NCBI GenBank assembly: GCA_045580085.1
Contig: JAZNND010000038.1
Coordinates: forward strand, 38,410-102,409
Source: Eubacteriales bacterium
GTDB lineage: Bacteria; Bacillota; Clostridia; Oscillospirales; CAG-272
Direction of reading: 5' to 3'
DNA length: 64,000 bases
Shown: one piece after another, positions 39,659-49,191 of the stretch
How positions within the stretch are numbered: the first letter of the stretch is position 1
Layout of the letters: every line of letters begins with the position of its first letter
Position numbers and translations under genes: made by a program
The notes under the pieces: model-generated
What the model was told of the DNA's origin: nothing
The model's database searches: none
Seen by the model: only the letters and a program-made list of their open reading frames with translations

Positions 39659-41953
39659 ATGGTGATCTTAAACGTAAATATTCACCGCTTCGGCAAGCTT
39701 TCGGGCTTTAAAGCCGATTTTGATCCTTCCTTCAATTTGATCGAGGGGGCCAACGAATCCGGAAAAACCACGCTCGCATCCTTCGTTTTGTATATGCTGT
39801 ACGGTTTTGACGACGATCTTGCCGAAGGCTTTCCCGAACGCAAATTGCGCGCCCCGTGGGATGGCGAGGATGTTTCCGGCAGCATGACGGTAGAAGAGGG
39901 CGGCAAGCGGTATCTCATTGAGAGAGAAGCCTTTTTGGACGAAAACGGAAAGAGAGATTTTTACCGTTTGACCGATCTTGAAACGGGTGTTTCGGAGAAG
40001 GGCGGTATTTCGCCCGGTGAGCGTTTTCTTGGCGTGCCCAGAGAAGTTTTTGTCAGCACCGCCTTTTTTGACGCGGAAACACTGCTTCACGCAGACGGAG
40101 AAGTGCTTTCTCAGGCGATTGAAAATATTATATTCTCAGCAAATGAACAGCATTCCTTGTTGAATGCCATGAAAAGGCTTGCCTCCGCCAAGGAGCAGAT
40201 CGCGTCGGACGACGGAAAAAGCGGCTTGGTTCTTTCTTTGCAAAAGAAAAAAGAGGAATTGGAGCAACGCTTTGAAGATGCCAGGGAAAGGGAGCTTTTG
40301 CTCATCGATCGCGAGAACGCTTTGTTTTCTACCAGAGGCAAGCGCCGCGATTGTGAAAAACGCCTTGCCGAATCTCACCGCTTGGAAACGGACTATTTCA
40401 ACGCGCTTGTGATTCGCGATTATGACCGTTTGCATGAGTTAGAGGATTCTGCGGCAGAGCGTGAAAAGGCGATTGAGACTTTTGAAAACCGAAACCGCGC
40501 GGGCGGCTTTTTGCCCGATGCTTCGTATTTGACGGAGCTTGCCACCGCCAAAGCAGATATGGATCATGCTGAAATCTATGTGTGTGAAACGGCGGACGCC
40601 TTGGCACAGACCAAAGAGGCAGGCTCTTCCGTGACGGAAGAGGAGAGGGCGCTTGTTGAGAGACTGCGCAAAGAGGGCGAGGAAGAAGAGCTTAAGCAAA
40701 AGTGTTTGGCTAAGGTTTCCGTCAAGAAAAAAAGCATTGTCTTTTTATCCGTTTTCTATGCGCTCGCGGCTCTTTTGGCAGTGGGCTCGGTGATCGGATT
40801 CGTGATGCTCGGCTCGGCAGCTTTGCTGATTATGCTTGCTTTGTCTCTCGCGTTTTGCGGCGTGGGTGTTGTTTTTACGGTAGAGTTGGTTCGCACATTG
40901 CGCGTGCTTGGCGGCTGTTACCGATTGGCGGAAGTTTCGAGTGCGGAGGAGTATATTGCCGCGTTGGTGCATTCTGCCGATGTTGTCAGACGGATGGAAG
41001 AGTATGAAAAACGCGTGCAAGAGCAAACGCATGCCGCAGAAGAAGCGAAAATGGCTTGCGATGCTACTGCCGACCGCTTGAATGAAGTACTCTGCCGTTG
41101 GCGTACCGATCTTAAACTGGATGAAAATTATGCTGAGACTGTTTCTAAGCTGAGTCATGCGGTGGCGGAATATATTAAGGAAGATGCCGCCCTGCTTCGC
41201 GGCAAAGAGGATGCCGAAGCGGAAGTGCGTGCGTTACGTGCCCGCTTGCGCGGTAAAGATGAGATTGCCGTGCGTGCATTGGTACCGCCGGCAGAGCGTG
41301 AAAAGCTTTGTAACGAGTACAACGCAACGGATTTGAGACACGCGGTAGAGTATTATGAAAATATGCTCTCAAGTCTCATTGATAGAGAAGAGGCACTGAT
41401 GAAAGAGCTTTCGGGGCTTGACAGCAAAGAAAGCTCGGCACAGATCACAGAGGAGATCTATGCTCTTGAGGATAGAATCCGTAAGTTAGAGGAATACGCG
41501 GCTTTGTGCGTGAGTGCCGAAAAAGCCCTTTCCGGCAGCTTTGACCGATTGCGCACAGAGGTGTCGCCGCGGCTTTCTTTGTATGCGTGCGGCCTGATTG
41601 ACAGCTTAACCGACGGAAAATATACCGATCTTGAGATCGCGGATGATTTTTCACTTTACATGATGTCCGAAAACGGTCCGAAGGAGATTGCATATCTCAG
41701 CCACGGAACCAAGGAATTGGCCTATTTTTCTTTGCGTGTGGCTCTTTTGGATCTCTTGTATCGCACCGGTGTTCCGATCTGCTTGGATGAGACGTTTGCC
41801 CACCAGGACGACGGCAGAGCACTTTCTTTTATGCAGTGCTTGCGAATGCTCTCTGCCGAGGGCAAGCAATGCTTCCTTTTCACCTGTCATGGCAGAGAAA
41901 AGGACTTGGCGGATAGCTCTTTCGCCTCCTATCAACGAATTTTTATGCGCTGA
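39659..41953 (+). CDS. SMC/Rad50/SbcC-like ABC-type ATPase with a central transmembrane hairpin (YhaN-like)
   Basis: Walker A GANESGKTT, a long coiled coil, and two TM helices around aa 360-415 (IVFLSVFYALAALLAVGSVIGFVMLGSAALLIMLALSLAFCGVGVVF). Signature-like LSHGTKELAYFSLRVAL and Walker B ICLDETFAHQDD are also present. Confidence 0.65.
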   Translation: MVILNVNIHRFGKLSGFKADFDPSFNLIEGANESGKTTLASFVLYMLYGFDDDLAEGFPERKLRAPWDGEDVSGSMTVEEGGKRYLIEREAFLDENGKRDFYRLTDLETGVSEKGGISPGERFLGVPREVFVSTAFFDAETLLHADGEVLSQAIENIIFSANEQHSLLNAMKRLASAKEQIASDDGKSGLVLSLQKKKEELEQRFEDARERELLLIDRENALFSTRGKRRDCEKRLAESHRLETDYFNALVIRDYDRLHELEDSAAEREKAIETFENRNRAGGFLPDASYLTELATAKADMDHAEIYVCETADALAQTKEAGSSVTEEERALVERLRKEGEEEELKQKCLAKVSVKKKSIVFLSVFYALAALLAVGSVIGFVMLGSAALLIMLALSLAFCGVGVVFTVELVRTLRVLGGCYRLAEVSSAEEYIAALVHSADVVRRMEEYEKRVQEQTHAAEEAKMACDATADRLNEVLCRWRTDLKLDENYAETVSKLSHAVAEYIKEDAALLRGKEDAEAEVRALRARLRGKDEIAVRALVPPAEREKLCNEYNATDLRHAVEYYENMLSSLIDREEALMKELSGLDSKESSAQITEEIYALEDRIRKLEEYAALCVSAEKALSGSFDRLRTEVSPRLSLYACGLIDSLTDGKYTDLEIADDFSLYMMSENGPKEIAYLSHGTKELAYFSLRVALLDLLYRTGVPICLDETFAHQDDGRALSFMQCLRMLSAEGKQCFLFTCHGREKDLADSSFASYQRIFMR

Positions 41954-41988
41954 GCATATGTCTTTTTGACGGAAAGGAAGATCAATTT

Positions 41989-42921
41989 ATGAAAAAAAGA
42001 GTTTTGGTGGTCAGCTCCGCCAATATGGATATGTTTATGCCCATTGCAGAAATGCCGAGAGCAGGCGAAACGATGCTCTTTCCCCACGGCGTGACCTATG
42101 CACCGGGCGGCAAGGGTGCGAACTCTGCCGTTGCATTCGCAAAGCTGGGCGCGGATACTGTTTTTGCTACGCGTCTCGGTCACGATTCGCACGGAGAAAC
42201 GCTGTACAATTATTACAAAGAGTGCGGCATCGACGTCAGCCATATTGTGATTGACAAGGAGAATTCCACCGGCTTTGCCGCCATTCTTGTGGAAGAAAAA
42301 ACGGCGCAAAACCGCATTATTTGCTATCCCGGTGCCAACGCGGCGATTACGGAAGAGGATATCGACAGTGCGTTCCGCTGCTGCCCCGACGCACTTTATA
42401 TGCAGTTTGAAATCGGAGATGAGGCTGTTTTCTACGCTGCCGATTACGCGCATCGCCACGGCATTCCCATTTTTATTGATGCCGGTCCTGCCAGATCGGA
42501 TTTCCCGCTGGAAAAATTGCCTCCCGTGACGGTTTTCTCGCCCAATGAGACAGAAACGGAGTATTATACCGGCATCGCCCCACAAGGCTCGGATGCCTGC
42601 TTGAAAGCGGCGCATGAGCTTTATAAGCGGGTGCGTGCCGAATATATTGTTTTGAAGCTTGGAGACAGAGGGGCCTTTATTTTCAACGGTACCCGTTGCA
42701 AATTCGTTCCCTCCTACCATGTGCGCGCCGTGGATACCACCGCGGCGGGCGATACCTTTACCGCCGCCATGACGCTTCGCTATTTGGAAAACGGCGGCGA
42801 TATCAGTGAGGCGGTTGAATATGCCAATGCCGCCGCCGCCATTACGGTTACACGTCCGGGCGCGTCCGATTCCATTCCGACCGCCGAAGAGGTTGCCGCT
42901 TTTTTGGCAAACTTGAACTAA
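41989..42921 (+). CDS. rbsK: Ribokinase
   Basis: PfkB motifs GGKGANSAVA and DTTAAGDTF. Confidence 0.8.
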   Translation: MKKRVLVVSSANMDMFMPIAEMPRAGETMLFPHGVTYAPGGKGANSAVAFAKLGADTVFATRLGHDSHGETLYNYYKECGIDVSHIVIDKENSTGFAAILVEEKTAQNRIICYPGANAAITEEDIDSAFRCCPDALYMQFEIGDEAVFYAADYAHRHGIPIFIDAGPARSDFPLEKLPPVTVFSPNETETEYYTGIAPQGSDACLKAAHELYKRVRAEYIVLKLGDRGAFIFNGTRCKFVPSYHVRAVDTTAAGDTFTAAMTLRYLENGGDISEAVEYANAAAAITVTRPGASDSIPTAEEVAAFLANLN

Positions 42922-42924
42922 AGC

Positions 42925-43893
42925 ATGGTGAACGAAACAAAGATCAAAGCCATCGCCGTTACGGGACCTACCGCAAGCGGAAAGACCGCTTTGGCGATTC
43001 GTCTTGCCGAGGCACTTCACGGAGAAATCATTTCTTGCGACTCCATGCAGATCTATCGCGGCATGGATATCGGCACGGCGAAGGCAACGGCGGAAGAGCG
43101 CGCACGTGTTCCGCACCACATGCTGGATATCGCGGAGCCGAATGAGAATTTTTCGGCGGCGGAATATGCTCTGCGTGCCGAAGCTTGCGCGGCAGAGATT
43201 GCAAGTCGCGGCAAGTTACCGATTTTTTGCGGCGGCACGGGGCTTTATCTGGAGGCTGTGCGCACGGCACGGCACGGTGAAGCGATGGAAAGCGACGCGG
43301 CTTTTCGCACGCAGATGGAAGAGTTTGCGGTGCGGGAAGGAAATGAGGCGTTGCATGCACGCTTGGCGGCGATCGATCCCGAGAGTGCCGAAACCATCCA
43401 TCCCAACAATCGTACCCGCGTGATCCGCGCGCTGGAGATCTATCACGTGACGGGAAAAACCAAAACCGAGCACGATCGCGCGGCATGTATGGAAAACCCC
43501 CGGTTATCTCTTTTGAATATCACCCTCTTTTTTGAATCGCGCTCTCTCCTTTACGAAAGGATTGACCGCAGGGTGGATGCCATGATGGCGGAGGGCCTGA
43601 TGGAAGAAACGAGATGCCTTTTGCGCGAAGGTAAACTTTTGCCCGGTACCACGGCTTATGGGGCAATCGGGTATAAAGAATGTCTTGGTTTTTTGCGAGG
43701 CGAGTGCTCGGAACAAGAAGCCGCAGATATTTTGAAGAATGCAACACATCACTATGCCAAACGGCAACAAACTTGGTTTTCCGCCAAGCCTCACATTCCG
43801 CTTTTTGCGGACCGCGACGGGCAAATGCGTCCGTTCGACGAAATTTTTGCCGAGGCATTCGGAATAGCAAATTCTTATTTAAACGAAAAATAA
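42925..43893 (+). CDS. miaA: tRNA dimethylallyltransferase
   Basis: P-loop GPTASGKTALA, plus SCDSMQIYRGMDIGTAK. Confidence 0.9.
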   Translation: MVNETKIKAIAVTGPTASGKTALAIRLAEALHGEIISCDSMQIYRGMDIGTAKATAEERARVPHHMLDIAEPNENFSAAEYALRAEACAAEIASRGKLPIFCGGTGLYLEAVRTARHGEAMESDAAFRTQMEEFAVREGNEALHARLAAIDPESAETIHPNNRTRVIRALEIYHVTGKTKTEHDRAACMENPRLSLLNITLFFESRSLLYERIDRRVDAMMAEGLMEETRCLLREGKLLPGTTAYGAIGYKECLGFLRGECSEQEAADILKNATHHYAKRQQTWFSAKPHIPLFADRDGQMRPFDEIFAEAFGIANSYLNEK

Positions 43894-43914
43894 CATAAAG
43901 GAACGGTTTTAAAA

Positions 43915-45192
43915 ATGAAAGCATCTGAACTGATCAAAAAAATCGAAGGCGGCGCGCTTGCCGCGTATGCCCATCTTTACGGCGATCTTGAGGACCAAAA
44001 GGCTCGCTATATCGGTGCACTTGAAAATTTCATCAAGCTGTACGGAGACGATAGGGACACGTATCTTTTCTCTGTTCCCGGCAGAACCGAGGTGCAAGGC
44101 AATCACACCGACCATCAACACGGTTGCGTGCTTGCCGCAGCCATTGATCGTGATATCATTGCTGTGGTTTCTCCTTCCGAAAACGGCGTGATCCGTATCA
44201 AGAGCGAGGGATATGATGAGGATGTGGTTGCGCTTTCCGATTGCGACCGTCCCGATGCTTTTGCCGATTTTTCCTCTGCTTCTTTGATTGCGGGAACCGT
44301 AGGCGGCTTTTCGGAGCGCGGCTTTAAGGTGGGCGGCTTTGACGCTTATACCGTGAACCGTGTGCTTAAGGGCTCGGGGCTTTCTTCCTCCGCGGCCTTT
44401 GAGGTTATGATCGGCAATATTATGAACCATGTTTATAATGGCGGAAAAATCCCGAATGAAGAGCTCGCCAAGATTGCGCAGTTCGCGGAGAACAAGTATT
44501 TCGGTAAGCCTTGCGGACTGATGGATCAGATGGCTTGCGCCGTGGGCGGATTTGTATTTATCGACTTTGCGGACAATCAAAACCCCATCATCGAAGCAAT
44601 CCCCTTTTCCTTGACGGATGCGGGGTTTGTGCTTTGCATCGTAAATACGGGCGGTAATCACGCCGATCTCAATGCCGATTACGCTTCCGTTCCGGCGGAA
44701 ATGAAGAGTGTTGCCGCATATTTCGGTAAGGATGTTTTGCGCGGCATCGAAGAGAAGGATGTGGTCGCCAATGCGCCCATTTTGCGCCGCACCGTCGGCG
44801 ACAGAGCCATTTTGCGCGCGCTGCACTTTATCCGTGAAAACGCACGTGTTTCGAGCACGGCTGCCATGTTAAAGGCGGGCGATGTGGAGGGCTTCCTTGC
44901 AAGCGTGATTGCTTCGGGTGATTCTTCCTTTAAATATTTGCAAAACGTATACACCGTGAAAAACGTGGAAGAACAGGGGCTTTCTCTTGCCCTTGCCATT
45001 GCCGAAGGCGCGCTTGCCGGTAAGGGATGTGCGCAAAGAGTGCACGGTGGTGGCTTTGCCGGAACCACGCAGGCGTTCGTGCGCCGCGAATACGCGGAGG
45101 AATACGCGCTTCTTATGGACGCGGTGTTTGGCGAGGGAGCTTGCATGATGCTTGCCATCCGTCCCGAAGGTGCGGTAGAAATCAAAATTTAA
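43915..45192 (+). CDS. GHMP kinase of the galactokinase family (atypical signature)
   Basis: PGRTEVQGNHTDH sits where galactokinases have GRVNLIGEHTDY. GHMP motif GSGLSSSAAF is present, with GKPCGLMDQMAC. Confidence 0.65.
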   Translation: MKASELIKKIEGGALAAYAHLYGDLEDQKARYIGALENFIKLYGDDRDTYLFSVPGRTEVQGNHTDHQHGCVLAAAIDRDIIAVVSPSENGVIRIKSEGYDEDVVALSDCDRPDAFADFSSASLIAGTVGGFSERGFKVGGFDAYTVNRVLKGSGLSSSAAFEVMIGNIMNHVYNGGKIPNEELAKIAQFAENKYFGKPCGLMDQMACAVGGFVFIDFADNQNPIIEAIPFSLTDAGFVLCIVNTGGNHADLNADYASVPAEMKSVAAYFGKDVLRGIEEKDVVANAPILRRTVGDRAILRALHFIRENARVSSTAAMLKAGDVEGFLASVIASGDSSFKYLQNVYTVKNVEEQGLSLALAIAEGALAGKGCAQRVHGGGFAGTTQAFVRREYAEEYALLMDAVFGEGACMMLAIRPEGAVEIKI

Positions 45193-45273
45193 CTGTCCGT
45201 TTTATCGGACATATCGTATGATATGCTAAATGTGTAAAGAGAGAATACTCTCTTAGGAAAGGAAAAAGAAAAT

Positions 45274-46365
45274 ATGGCAACCAAGAAAACGGATAAAACG
45301 GAAAAAAGCATGGAAATCGATAAAAAAGCCGCGTTAGAAACGGCGATCAGCCGCATTGAAAAGGAATACGGCAAGGGCACCATTATGAAGCTCGGCGAGA
45401 ATACGCATATGAATGTGTCTGCGGTTTCGACAGGCTCGCTTGCATTAGATACGGCACTGGGTATCGGCGGCGTACCGAAGGGAAGAATCATTGAGATTTA
45501 CGGTCCCGAATCTTCCGGTAAAACCACCGTTGCGCTACACGTGGTGGCGGAGGTGCAGAAGCTCGGCGGAAACGCCGCGTTTATCGATGCGGAGCATGCG
45601 CTTGACCCTGTCTATGCCAAGAACCTTGGCGTTAACATCAACGACCTTTTGGTTTCTCAGCCCGATTCGGGTGAGCAAGCACTTGAGATTGCGGATGCAC
45701 TCGTGCATTCGGGTGCTATCGATGCTATCGTGGTGGACTCGGTTGCCGCCCTGACACCTCAGCAGGAGATCGACGGCGATATGGGTGCTGCGCATGTTGG
45801 CTTGCAAGCGAGACTGATGTCGCAAGCCATGCGTAAGCTTTCCTCTTCCATCGCCAAGACGAATTGCGTTGTTATTTTTATTAACCAGCTTCGTGAGAAG
45901 GTGGGCATTGCATACGGCAATCCGGAGGTTACGCCCGGCGGCCGTGCATTAAAGTTCTATGCATCTGTTCGCATTGAGATCCGCAAGAAGGAAAATCTAA
46001 AGACAGGCAGTACCATCTACGGCAACCATGTGCTTTGCAAGGTGGTGAAAAACAAGGTAGCACCTCCTTTTAAAACGGCAGAATTTGATATCCTCTACGG
46101 CAAGGGGATTTCCAAGGCCAGCGAGATTTGTGATATGGGCGTTAACTTCGGGCTGATCGAAAAGAGTGGCTCGTGGTTCTCGTATGGCGGTCAGCGCATT
46201 GGTCAGGGCAAGGAGAAAGCCGTGGCATTCTTGGAGTCCAATCCTACCGTTAGCGAAGAGTTGGAAGGCCGTCTGAGAGAGCTTCTTTCGCAGGGCGAGG
46301 TCAGCGAAACCTTTGAGCTGGATGAGGACTTCGATCTTTCCGATCTCGACGGCGATGACGCATGA
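45274..46365 (+). CDS. recA: Recombinase RecA
   Basis: GPESSGKTT and FIDAEHALD; it matches RecA over its full length. Confidence 0.97.
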   Translation: MATKKTDKTEKSMEIDKKAALETAISRIEKEYGKGTIMKLGENTHMNVSAVSTGSLALDTALGIGGVPKGRIIEIYGPESSGKTTVALHVVAEVQKLGGNAAFIDAEHALDPVYAKNLGVNINDLLVSQPDSGEQALEIADALVHSGAIDAIVVDSVAALTPQQEIDGDMGAAHVGLQARLMSQAMRKLSSSIAKTNCVVIFINQLREKVGIAYGNPEVTPGGRALKFYASVRIEIRKKENLKTGSTIYGNHVLCKVVKNKVAPPFKTAEFDILYGKGISKASEICDMGVNFGLIEKSGSWFSYGGQRIGQGKEKAVAFLESNPTVSEELEGRLRELLSQGEVSETFELDEDFDLSDLDGDDA

Positions 46366-46949
46366 GCAAAACAGCACTCGTTGAACGTGTAATCAAAAGC
46401 CATGTGGGTACGCTGATGATTATTCATTTGCGTATGGATGAAAAAACAAAATGTTACCGTGTCAGTGAAGAGGAATATGCCGCCGCGGGATTCCCTGCCG
46501 AAGGGGAAGAGTTATGGGGCGAGGCACTTGTTGCTCTTACGCGCCGCGAGGACTCCAAAAAGGCATACGAACGCGCACTGAAAATTCTCGCTGTCGGAGA
46601 TAACACCCGCCGCGCTCTCAAAAGAAAGCTGATGGAACGGGGCTTTGGCGAGGAGGAGAGTGAGTGTGCTGTTCGGCGTATCGTGGAGGAAGGCTATTTA
46701 AAAGAAGAGGATATGCTGCTCAGGCAATTTGCCGTGTTCGCCAAACGTATGTGGGGACCGGGAAAATTCATGCCGTCGCTTCTTGCCAAGGGCTTCTCGC
46801 GCGACTTGATAGAGCGTGTCTCCCACCGCGCTGACGAGGAGGAGATCTACCGTGCCCAAGAGGTGAAAGAAACTCTTCTTGCTAAATTTCAACCCAAGGA
46901 CTTGGCAGAAAAAAGAGCCCTTCTCTATAAGTATGGGTTCAGAATGTAA
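46362..46949 (+). CDS. recX: RecX family regulator
   Basis: Its start overlaps the recA stop (ATGA). The helical repeats ([29 protein letters not shown]) are typical of RecX. Confidence 0.7.
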   Translation: MSKTALVERVIKSHVGTLMIIHLRMDEKTKCYRVSEEEYAAAGFPAEGEELWGEALVALTRREDSKKAYERALKILAVGDNTRRALKRKLMERGFGEEESECAVRRIVEEGYLKEEDMLLRQFAVFAKRMWGPGKFMPSLLAKGFSRDLIERVSHRADEEEIYRAQEVKETLLAKFQPKDLAEKRALLYKYGFRM

Positions 46950-46994
46950 ATGATAGTTTTCATTTTCCTGTTTTAAGGAGAAAGAGGAATCGAT

Positions 46995-47978
46995 ATGAGA
47001 AATCCCGAACGTTTCAAGCGCGGTGCCCGCGTGATGTTCATCGGCGATTCGATCACTTGCAACGGAAAGTTTATTGCACACATACAAGAGTATTACCGCA
47101 CTCACTTTCCGGAGGATAGGATCAAGCTTTACAATGCCGGAATTTCAGGCGGCAACGTGCATGACAGTGCCCTTCGTTATTTGGAGGCTGATCTTGCTCT
47201 TTTCAAGCCGACGCAGGCGGTGCTGATGATCGGCATGAACGATATTTGGCGCGGTCACTATATGGGGCAAGAGCATTACACCGATATCAAGACCGAGCGC
47301 GCTCGGATCTATTTTGAAGGCGTGGCGGAGCTTGCCGCACGGCTTTATGCCAAAGGTATTCCCATGATTTTCTGCACACCGACACCGTTTGACGATGAAA
47401 TGGCGTGCGACGAACCCGCCGGTAAAAACCTGGCGATGGCACTCACGGGCTACGGGCATTTTTGCGCGGGACTTGCCGAAAAATATGAAGCACCCGTTGT
47501 GGACTTTAACGCTTCCTTGACCTATTTCAACCGCGAAATGCAAAAGAAGAATCCCGCCTTTTCTTTGGTCGGGTGCGACCGCGTGCATCCCACGGAGCTT
47601 GGACATGCTTTCATGGCGTGCGTGTTTTTGCGTGCGCAAGGCTTCACCGATGTTCCCGAAACCACGACCGCGGCGTATGAGAACGGCGAAATAGAGGTTT
47701 CGCTCTCGCAGATCAACGCGCAAAGATATGAGGTGGAGCAAAAGCTTCGCGCCCTTCGCAACGCGATCTATTTTTCGATGGGCGATGCTTGGCAGGCACC
47801 GCTTGCAGAGCGTATTAAGTTGGCGCAAGCATATGTTGCCGAAAATAAGGACAAAGCGGATACCAATCCCTATATCGTTCAGCGCGTAGCGGAGTATATC
47901 GAAAATGCGGTGCACGAAGAGGAATATACGGTTACGCTTTTGAAGCTGACCGATGCACTTTACGAGGTGCAACCGTGA
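46995..47978 (+). CDS. SGNH/GDSL hydrolase
   Basis: Block I FIGDSIT, block III GMNDI, and a late DRVHP. Confidence 0.7.
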   Translation: MRNPERFKRGARVMFIGDSITCNGKFIAHIQEYYRTHFPEDRIKLYNAGISGGNVHDSALRYLEADLALFKPTQAVLMIGMNDIWRGHYMGQEHYTDIKTERARIYFEGVAELAARLYAKGIPMIFCTPTPFDDEMACDEPAGKNLAMALTGYGHFCAGLAEKYEAPVVDFNASLTYFNREMQKKNPAFSLVGCDRVHPTELGHAFMACVFLRAQGFTDVPETTTAAYENGEIEVSLSQINAQRYEVEQKLRALRNAIYFSMGDAWQAPLAERIKLAQAYVAENKDKADTNPYIVQRVAEYIENAVHEEEYTVTLLKLTDALYEVQP

Positions 47979-48607
47979 CGCGGGGCAGATCGGTTTTGCG
48001 CTCGGTTTCGTGCGTTTTGGTGTCTGTGCTTTTTCTTCTGACGATTGTTGCTTTTTTTGTTCTGCCGATTTTGTCGGACAGAGAAGCACGGGAGCGATTG
48101 GGAGATGAGAACGCTTTTGTGACCGACACTGCGCGGTCGCCTTGGATCTATGTCGAAGCGGACGGCACGGCACTTGTGAATTCCGACAGCTGTATCGGCA
48201 TGGAGGAAATCGTGGTTCCCTGTTCCGTCAACGGCATTACGGTGACACGCTTCAGCTTTCAGTACACAACACCGCCCGCATGCGTAAAGAAGATCACGTT
48301 TCCCACCACATTGCGCGCTATAGAATCCCATCCGTTCCAACAGTGGCACACAATTGAGGAGATCGTGTTTCAAGAAGGAATCGAAAATTTGGGGAATCTC
48401 GTGATCGGGCAAAAACCGCATTTGAAAAAGCTGGTTTTGCCGCGTTCGGTGAAAAAACTGCATCCGGGCATGTTTCTTTATAAGGAGCATCCCGTGGTTA
48501 TTTGCTACGCAGGCACCGAGGAGGAATGGAGCTTGGTTCGCGGTGCTTTGGAGCTTTCGGGCAGACACACCGTAATCTATGAGTACGGTGCGGAAAATCA
48601 AAATTAA
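47975..48607 (+). CDS. Membrane-anchored BspA-type LRR protein
   Basis: Its GTG start overlaps the upstream stop. It has one N-terminal TM helix and LRR_5-like units (ITFPTTLRAIESHPFQQWHTIEEIVF). Confidence 0.5.
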   Translation: MTRGRSVLRSVSCVLVSVLFLLTIVAFFVLPILSDREARERLGDENAFVTDTARSPWIYVEADGTALVNSDSCIGMEEIVVPCSVNGITVTRFSFQYTTPPACVKKITFPTTLRAIESHPFQQWHTIEEIVFQEGIENLGNLVIGQKPHLKKLVLPRSVKKLHPGMFLYKEHPVVICYAGTEEEWSLVRGALELSGRHTVIYEYGAENQN

Positions 48608-48631
48608 AATGTAAACTTTTTGAAAATACGC

Positions 48632-48660
48632 TTTACAGATTATCATTTATATAGTATAAT
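48632..48660 (+). promoter_or_regulatory. Sigma-A type promoter for rpsO
   Basis: TTTACA (48632-48637), a 17-nt spacer, then TATAAT (48655-48660). Confidence 0.5.
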
Positions 48661-48748
48661 AAACGATGCATGACCGCTTGCACGGCGTACGGCGTTCACC
48701 GACCGTGTGCTGAGTTCGCGGCGAAAATAAAAGAAAGGTGAATGTATC

Positions 48749-49015
48749 ATGATCGCAAAAGAAACCAAAACCAACCTCATTGAAACCTACAAGATCAATG
48801 AGCGCGACACCGGTTCTCCCGAGGTTCAGATCGCTATTTTGACCGAGAGAATCAACACCCTTACCGAGCACCTCAAGGCAAATCCTAAGGATTTCCATTC
48901 TCAAAGAGGTCTCTCCCGCATGGTTGGTCACAGAAAGAATCTTCTCGGTTACCTTGCAAAGAAGGATATCGAAAGATACCGTGCCATCATTGCAAAGCTT
49001 GGCTTGAGAAAGTAA
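48749..49015 (+). CDS. rpsO: 30S ribosomal protein S15
   Basis: It is 88 aa with [35 protein letters not shown]. Confidence 0.97.
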   Translation: MIAKETKTNLIETYKINERDTGSPEVQIAILTERINTLTEHLKANPKDFHSQRGLSRMVGHRKNLLGYLAKKDIERYRAIIAKLGLRK

Positions 49016-49025
49016 TTTCTCCCTT

Positions 49026-49055
49026 TTCCGCTTGCCGCTTTGGCGGCAAGCGGAA
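49026..49055 (+). terminator. rpsO-pnp intergenic hairpin (attenuator or processing site; no T-run)
   Basis: A 13-bp perfect stem TTCCGCTTGCCGC / GCGGCAAGCGGAA with loop TTTG. Confidence 0.4.
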
Positions 49056-49191
49056 ACTACTCTGCGCGACGGCATGAGAAGGTAGCAGTTCATATGCACC
49101 GAATACCTTCGATGTGTATGAAGTGCTATTATCTCTTCCGTCGTTTTTTACGGTGAACATGAAAGTAATTATAAAGGAAGGAAAAAAGCAA

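Noticed and set aside
45193-45273. LexA (Cheo/DinR) box upstream of recA
   Set aside because: I see no GAAC-N4-GTTC-like motif. Only a small AGAGAG-AATA-CTCTCT palindrome and the upstream gene's hairpin are present.
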